Shown: one piece after another, positions 59,251 through 64,000 of the stretch
Layout of the letters: every line of letters begins with the position of its first letter
Position numbering within the stretch: the first letter of the stretch is position 1
From: the human T2T-CHM13v2.0 reference genome, Homo sapiens
Direction: 5' to 3' (one strand)
Assembly (NCBI RefSeq): GCF_009914755.1
Contig: NC_060938.1
DNA length: 64,000 nucleotides
Program-made: the position numbers and the translations under genes
The notes under the pieces: model-generated
What the model was told of the DNA's origin: nothing
What the model saw: the letters and a program-made list of their open reading frames with translations, nothing else
The model's database searches: none

Positions 59251-62200
59251 AAGAGCTTTGCATTATAAGAGTAAAATCTCTGACAATGTACGCTTTTCCC
59301 TCAAGATTTATCAGCTCACCTTAGTTTGACGTCACCTTCAATTTCATAAGTTTAATGTGTAGATTTTAATAATATAAATAAAAATGTTCCCATTGGATGG
59401 AAATCAAGCTTTCTCCACCAGCCACTCTACCCTTCTTTCAAAAGAACCCTAGGAACCCCTGGAGTCTGGGATCAAACTAATGCTAGGTTAGAGTATGTGG
59501 TTTAGAGTATTAGAAATAATGGAATTGATCAGTCATCCCCAGAAGTTTCAGCTCTGGGAACAGAGTCATCTTCAGTCATGCGACCTAGGTCTCTATAAAT
59601 AATGAAGTGGTGGGTGTATTGTGGTATGGGGGAAAAGCATCAGAACTGCATACTGATTTCTGAGAAGTTATTTAATCTTGAAAGAAACCAGGAACTTTTA
59701 AATGGTCTGTACTCTAGCCAGACTCCCTATATTATCTTCATTATTTATGAATTACTGGAATCTTAATACTTATTTTATACTTTTGTAAATCATCACCCTT
59801 CTACTCATTTCTTAATTATTTTACTATAAATGTGCATATTCTTATTCCTCAAGTTTCCTTCTGTTTTGCTTTGAAGAAATGTAATAATATTTCACATTAC
59901 TGCCTTTGTCCCCAAGACATCTGCTTGGTACTAAGAATCCCAAGTTTGCATGAAGAAAGAGAAAATATCTGCTAAGTGGTGTTATATAAGCAAGTGACTT
60001 CTTTAATGGATCCTGGGCTATTCTTTGTCTTTAAGGAAAATAAACTACTACAGCCATTAAAGCTTTCTAACATTACTGATGCCTAGGAAGTGTTAATCTG
60101 CAATTAGTCAATTAAGTGATATTTTTGCTACACTGAGCATTACTGTTTGGTAGTTTGACAATCTGTCTGTTGAAAAGGGAAGACAGCCTTTTGAGAAAAC
60201 TATTTGTAGTCACTGGGTAACATTGATTATCTATGTTTGCCAATGCCTGGAGAAAGGAAAATCATTATGAAAGACTCAGATTGCATATAATTATGTTGAT
60301 AAATATGTTTGACAATGTTGAAATGTATTATTTCCCTTTACTTGAAAGAAAATTGTTTGCCAGTCTAAGGAAGGGATAAATGACATACACAAGGCAGACT
60401 AACTCCTTCTTTATCTTTCTTTATTTCCCTGCAAAGCTAACATCTCTACTCCTCTGCAAGATGACCTCCTCCTGCATGCACACAGCAGCCACTGGCTCAT
60501 AGCAGCCCGAGAGCCCCCAAATCCCTCTGAAAATTGCTGTGAAACAGAGGTTTGCCTCTCTTTCCTGAGAACCAGAATGAGTCAGAAGCCCAGTACACAT
60601 GGGAACAGTTGAGCCTTTGGATCTTCTGTGCAGTTTCTCCTTTCTGATAAGTTATTCTTTTCTTGCAAATGATTCTCTCCCAGATAACAATCTGAGCAGG
60701 GAGGAAAAGAAGAAAGGGACAATTTGTCTATTGAGTCAAACTTCAGGCAGCATTTGATGTACCCTAGCCTTGGAAAAGGGCTAAAACTGCATTTAGTTTG
60801 TGGCAAATGTGAATTATCATCTTTCTATGTCAAGTTGTTCATGTCTTTTGATAACATAGCAGGTGATACTTACTCAGAGTATTAATCATGGCATTTAACC
60901 TACTCTGAAAGAAAACCAAAATACCCTTAGGGAGAGCTTCCATTACCAGGATATCCAATATTCATTTTGCCCTAAGTGCAACCTCCAAAGATGCAGTCCT
61001 ATTTAAATAATCAATTCTTCTCAATCACCCCACCCAACAATGACTGGAAATTACCCCAAAGAAAAGAAGAATGGAATAATCAACTTTGAAAGAAAGCCCT
61101 TTTTATATTAAAATTGGAACTATTTTTTCTCACTCTCGTCGTTTATATTTTTCCGATACATATTGTAAGCAAACATATACATCAGTTCATATCACTCGTT
61201 GAATTTGTCAATCAAATCTAAACATCTATAGGGGACTGGTATTTGTTTAGCCAAAAGAAGCAAAATAAAGAGAAATAAATTATAAAAAGCAAGTTATAAA
61301 TGTAGCTTAATATTTGTGATAATTTTATTAATCAACATAATTTGCATCTTTGCAACAGGTGTCTTGAGTATATTTTTGTTATTGAACATGGGTCAAAGAG
61401 TGAAAACTAACTCATAGAGTTAGAATTTGTATCTACATATTAGTATCATTGGTCCCAAGGCAAAAGCCCTCTTTCTTTCATTTAAAAATAAATATATACT
61501 TTGGAAAATTAACTGGTTATTCTAACATTGCAAAATATCCAAGTCTGCATTCACAGTGAAATAAACTATGTTTGGGCCTTGGAAGAGCTCCATGTAATGA
61601 TAATGTGAATTACTTTAGTTTGTTATTTTTATTGATCAAAAAACTTGACAGTAGCAGAATCCTGCTTCATTATAGTGCTGTATAGAGCAAACTATACCAC
61701 AGCAACAGCCATCAGAGGAATAATTTATGATTATAATAATTCCAATGTTTTTATGACACTTTGCCCTGTATTCTTTCAATTGATCTTTACACAAACTTTA
61801 TGGTTTTGGCAAGAGAAAATAAAGACCTAGATATGGTCCTTTAGTGCTTTACAGAAAGTCTTTTTCTTTAGTTACATGGATATATGTGACTTCAATGTTT
61901 AAGTAGCTTGACTTTAGAGAGTATTAGAGTAAATATTGATAAATCTGAATAGGTGTCTCCTGGCATTCTATGTCAGTGTATCTCACTGGCATGGCCTGTA
62001 CTTTCCTGAAATGCTAAGTCAATGTATAGCACCTGGATCTACACATTAGTATTATAGGCACTGAGGCAAAAACCCATTCCCTTTGAAATAACGGTGACCT
62101 TCCTGATAGAGGTAATATCTCCTCTGTTCCTCCCCAGCAACTTTCCAGTCACCCACAGGGATCCTCTCAGCTAAATAGCCATCAGCTTCCTTTCTAATTT

Positions 62201-63050
62201 TATGGTGGGAGGATAGGAAAAGGACATACTCCCTGAGGCATTTGGAAAGTTTAATTGTATTTTTGAAGCTAGTTTCTCATACAGGATGCAAAATTTTTCA
62301 AAATATAATGAATTTAAATAAAATGTAAGATAAAATGAAGGTGGCCATTCCTGATAATTAAAACTATCTTATTAAGTGATTTGCAGTATATGTTCTCTAC
62401 ACAATTGATGTGTGTGATTATTTATTGATTTACCTGGGTTTTGTTGTGGCATCGTTTGTACAATGAAACCAAAATGCCACTTTTAGTCTTTCACCTTAGT
62501 TAATTAAATAATTTCCTGGTTGATCTTGTTAATTCCATAGGCTTGAGGTTGAGGGGAGGGTATTTACTTTTTCTGTTGCTATCTCGTTGTTAGTGATTAC
62601 GTTTGAAGTTATTTGTACTTTTTAAAGAGACATAAACAAGTAGTCTGAAGGTATTGTATGATAGATTTTTCCAGGTAAAATATTTCAGACCCCCAACTTA
62701 TAAGTTGCAATGAATTCCTGTTTAGGGTGATCACTGTCCCTCAGGGTTATGTTAGCTATAGCTGGCAGACAGTAAGGGGGAAGTGGGGCACCCAGAGTGT
62801 TGAGTGCTTATTTATTCTTAGTGTGATGAGACAAGGGGTATCATTGAAGGTCATGCAAAACATGTGTTACTTATGTCAGTTGAATGCCCAGATATAGATA
62901 ATATATGATTTAAGCATCATAATTGACTCTTTGTTCTCGCTGTCAACACTTTAGGGTGACAATGGAGACAAGAGAACATAGGCCAATGTAGCATGTGCAT
63001 TTTAAGCGCACTTTTCTCTCTTTCTTGGATTGATAAACTTATTATGAGGG

Positions 63051-63546
63051 TGTATTAGTCTTAGTTCTCCAGAGAAACAACAAATTAGGAGCATATATGC
63101 ATATATATGGCTTATATGCATATGGTATTGGTTTACATTGTTACAAAGGCTGAGAAGTCCCAAAATCCGCAATCTGCAATTGGCAACTTGAGACCCAGGA
63201 GAGCCAATGGTATATTTCTAGTCTGAGTTCAAAGACCTGAGAACCAGAAAAGCTAATGATCTAAGTAAATTCCAGTCTGAGCTCCAAGGCAGAACACTCA
63301 TGTCCAAGCTCAAACACAGTCAGTCAGAGAGTGGATTCTCCCTTACTCCACCTTTTGCTCTAGTCAGGCCTTCAAGGGATTGGATGAAGTCCACCCACAT
63401 TGGGGAGGGCAAACTGCTTAACTCAATCTGTATTCAAAGGTTCATCTCATCCAGAAACATCCTCACGGATACAACCAGAATAATGTTTAATGAAATATCT
63501 AGGCGCCTGTGCCCAGGCAAGATGACACATAAAATTAACCATCAGA
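63051..63546 (-). mobile_element. ERVL LTR, MLT2B-like
   Basis: Runs tgtattagtc...ttctccagagaaaca, ggctgagaagtccca, ending gacacataaaattaaccatcaga. TSD GAGGG/AAGGG. Confidence 0.88.
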
Positions 63547-63670
63547 AAGGGACTAGCTAAGGTCAAGGTTAAGGCTTTTGAAAGAATGATTTGCTTAAAT
63601 TATCTTTCTTCTGTATAATTTCTCTATTGAAGATCCATGCACATTGCTCTGGAATGTGATTTGTCTCAGA

Positions 63671-63950
63671 TCAATTCAATTCACCACACATTTATTGAGC
63701 CCTATGCTTACAAGATATAATGCCAAGCTATATGGGAAACTGAGTGGCACAAAAGCCTTAAGAGTGTATAATCTGGTATTGAGAGATGAATATCCCCAGT
63801 TGCAGTGAAAGGCTGAATATAATAAGCAAAATAAGACAGACATCAATTATTTCCAAAGGAGGACAAAGAAGGGAAGAATTTATTTCTACCGAATCAAGAA
63901 ATACATAAGAAAAGGTTTAAATTTGCCTGGATTGTGAAAGATGAACACCA
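63671..63950 (-). mobile_element. L2 3' fragment
   Basis: tcaattcaattcaccacacatttattgagccctatg matches the antisense L2 terminus. Confidence 0.65.
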
Positions 63951-64000
63951 GGGCTTGAAAGTGGCTAATTTTATATTATAATGACTGTTCCAATTTGATA

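Overview
AT-rich, CpG-poor primate (human-like) non-coding DNA with no recognisable host protein-coding exon, RNA gene or CpG island. Much of the window is interspersed repeats, identified by eye from remembered consensus sequences, so subfamily calls are approximate. These include one full-length but dead L1PA6-like LINE-1 (22534-28709, - strand), seven Alu copies, about 14 solo ERVL/MaLR LTRs (many with readable 5-bp TSDs), DNA transposon fossils (MER1A, Tigger3a) and ancient L1M, L2, L3 and MIR relics. All ORFs with recognisable homology come from repeats (L1, Alu, LTR). I found no convincing new multi-gene system. The most interesting local structures are: (1) a long stop-free antisense frame across the L1 5'UTR that fuses the ORF0 body to an upstream strong-Kozak ATG; (2) a 114-bp gapless palindrome inside an MLT1 LTR; (3) a perfect 34-bp-arm hairpin in a CA/TG tract; (4) a compound microsatellite apparently born from an AluY target-site duplication; (5) deep transposon nesting; and (6) a - strand bias of LTR, L1 and Alu copies, suggesting the window may be intronic to a + strand transcript.
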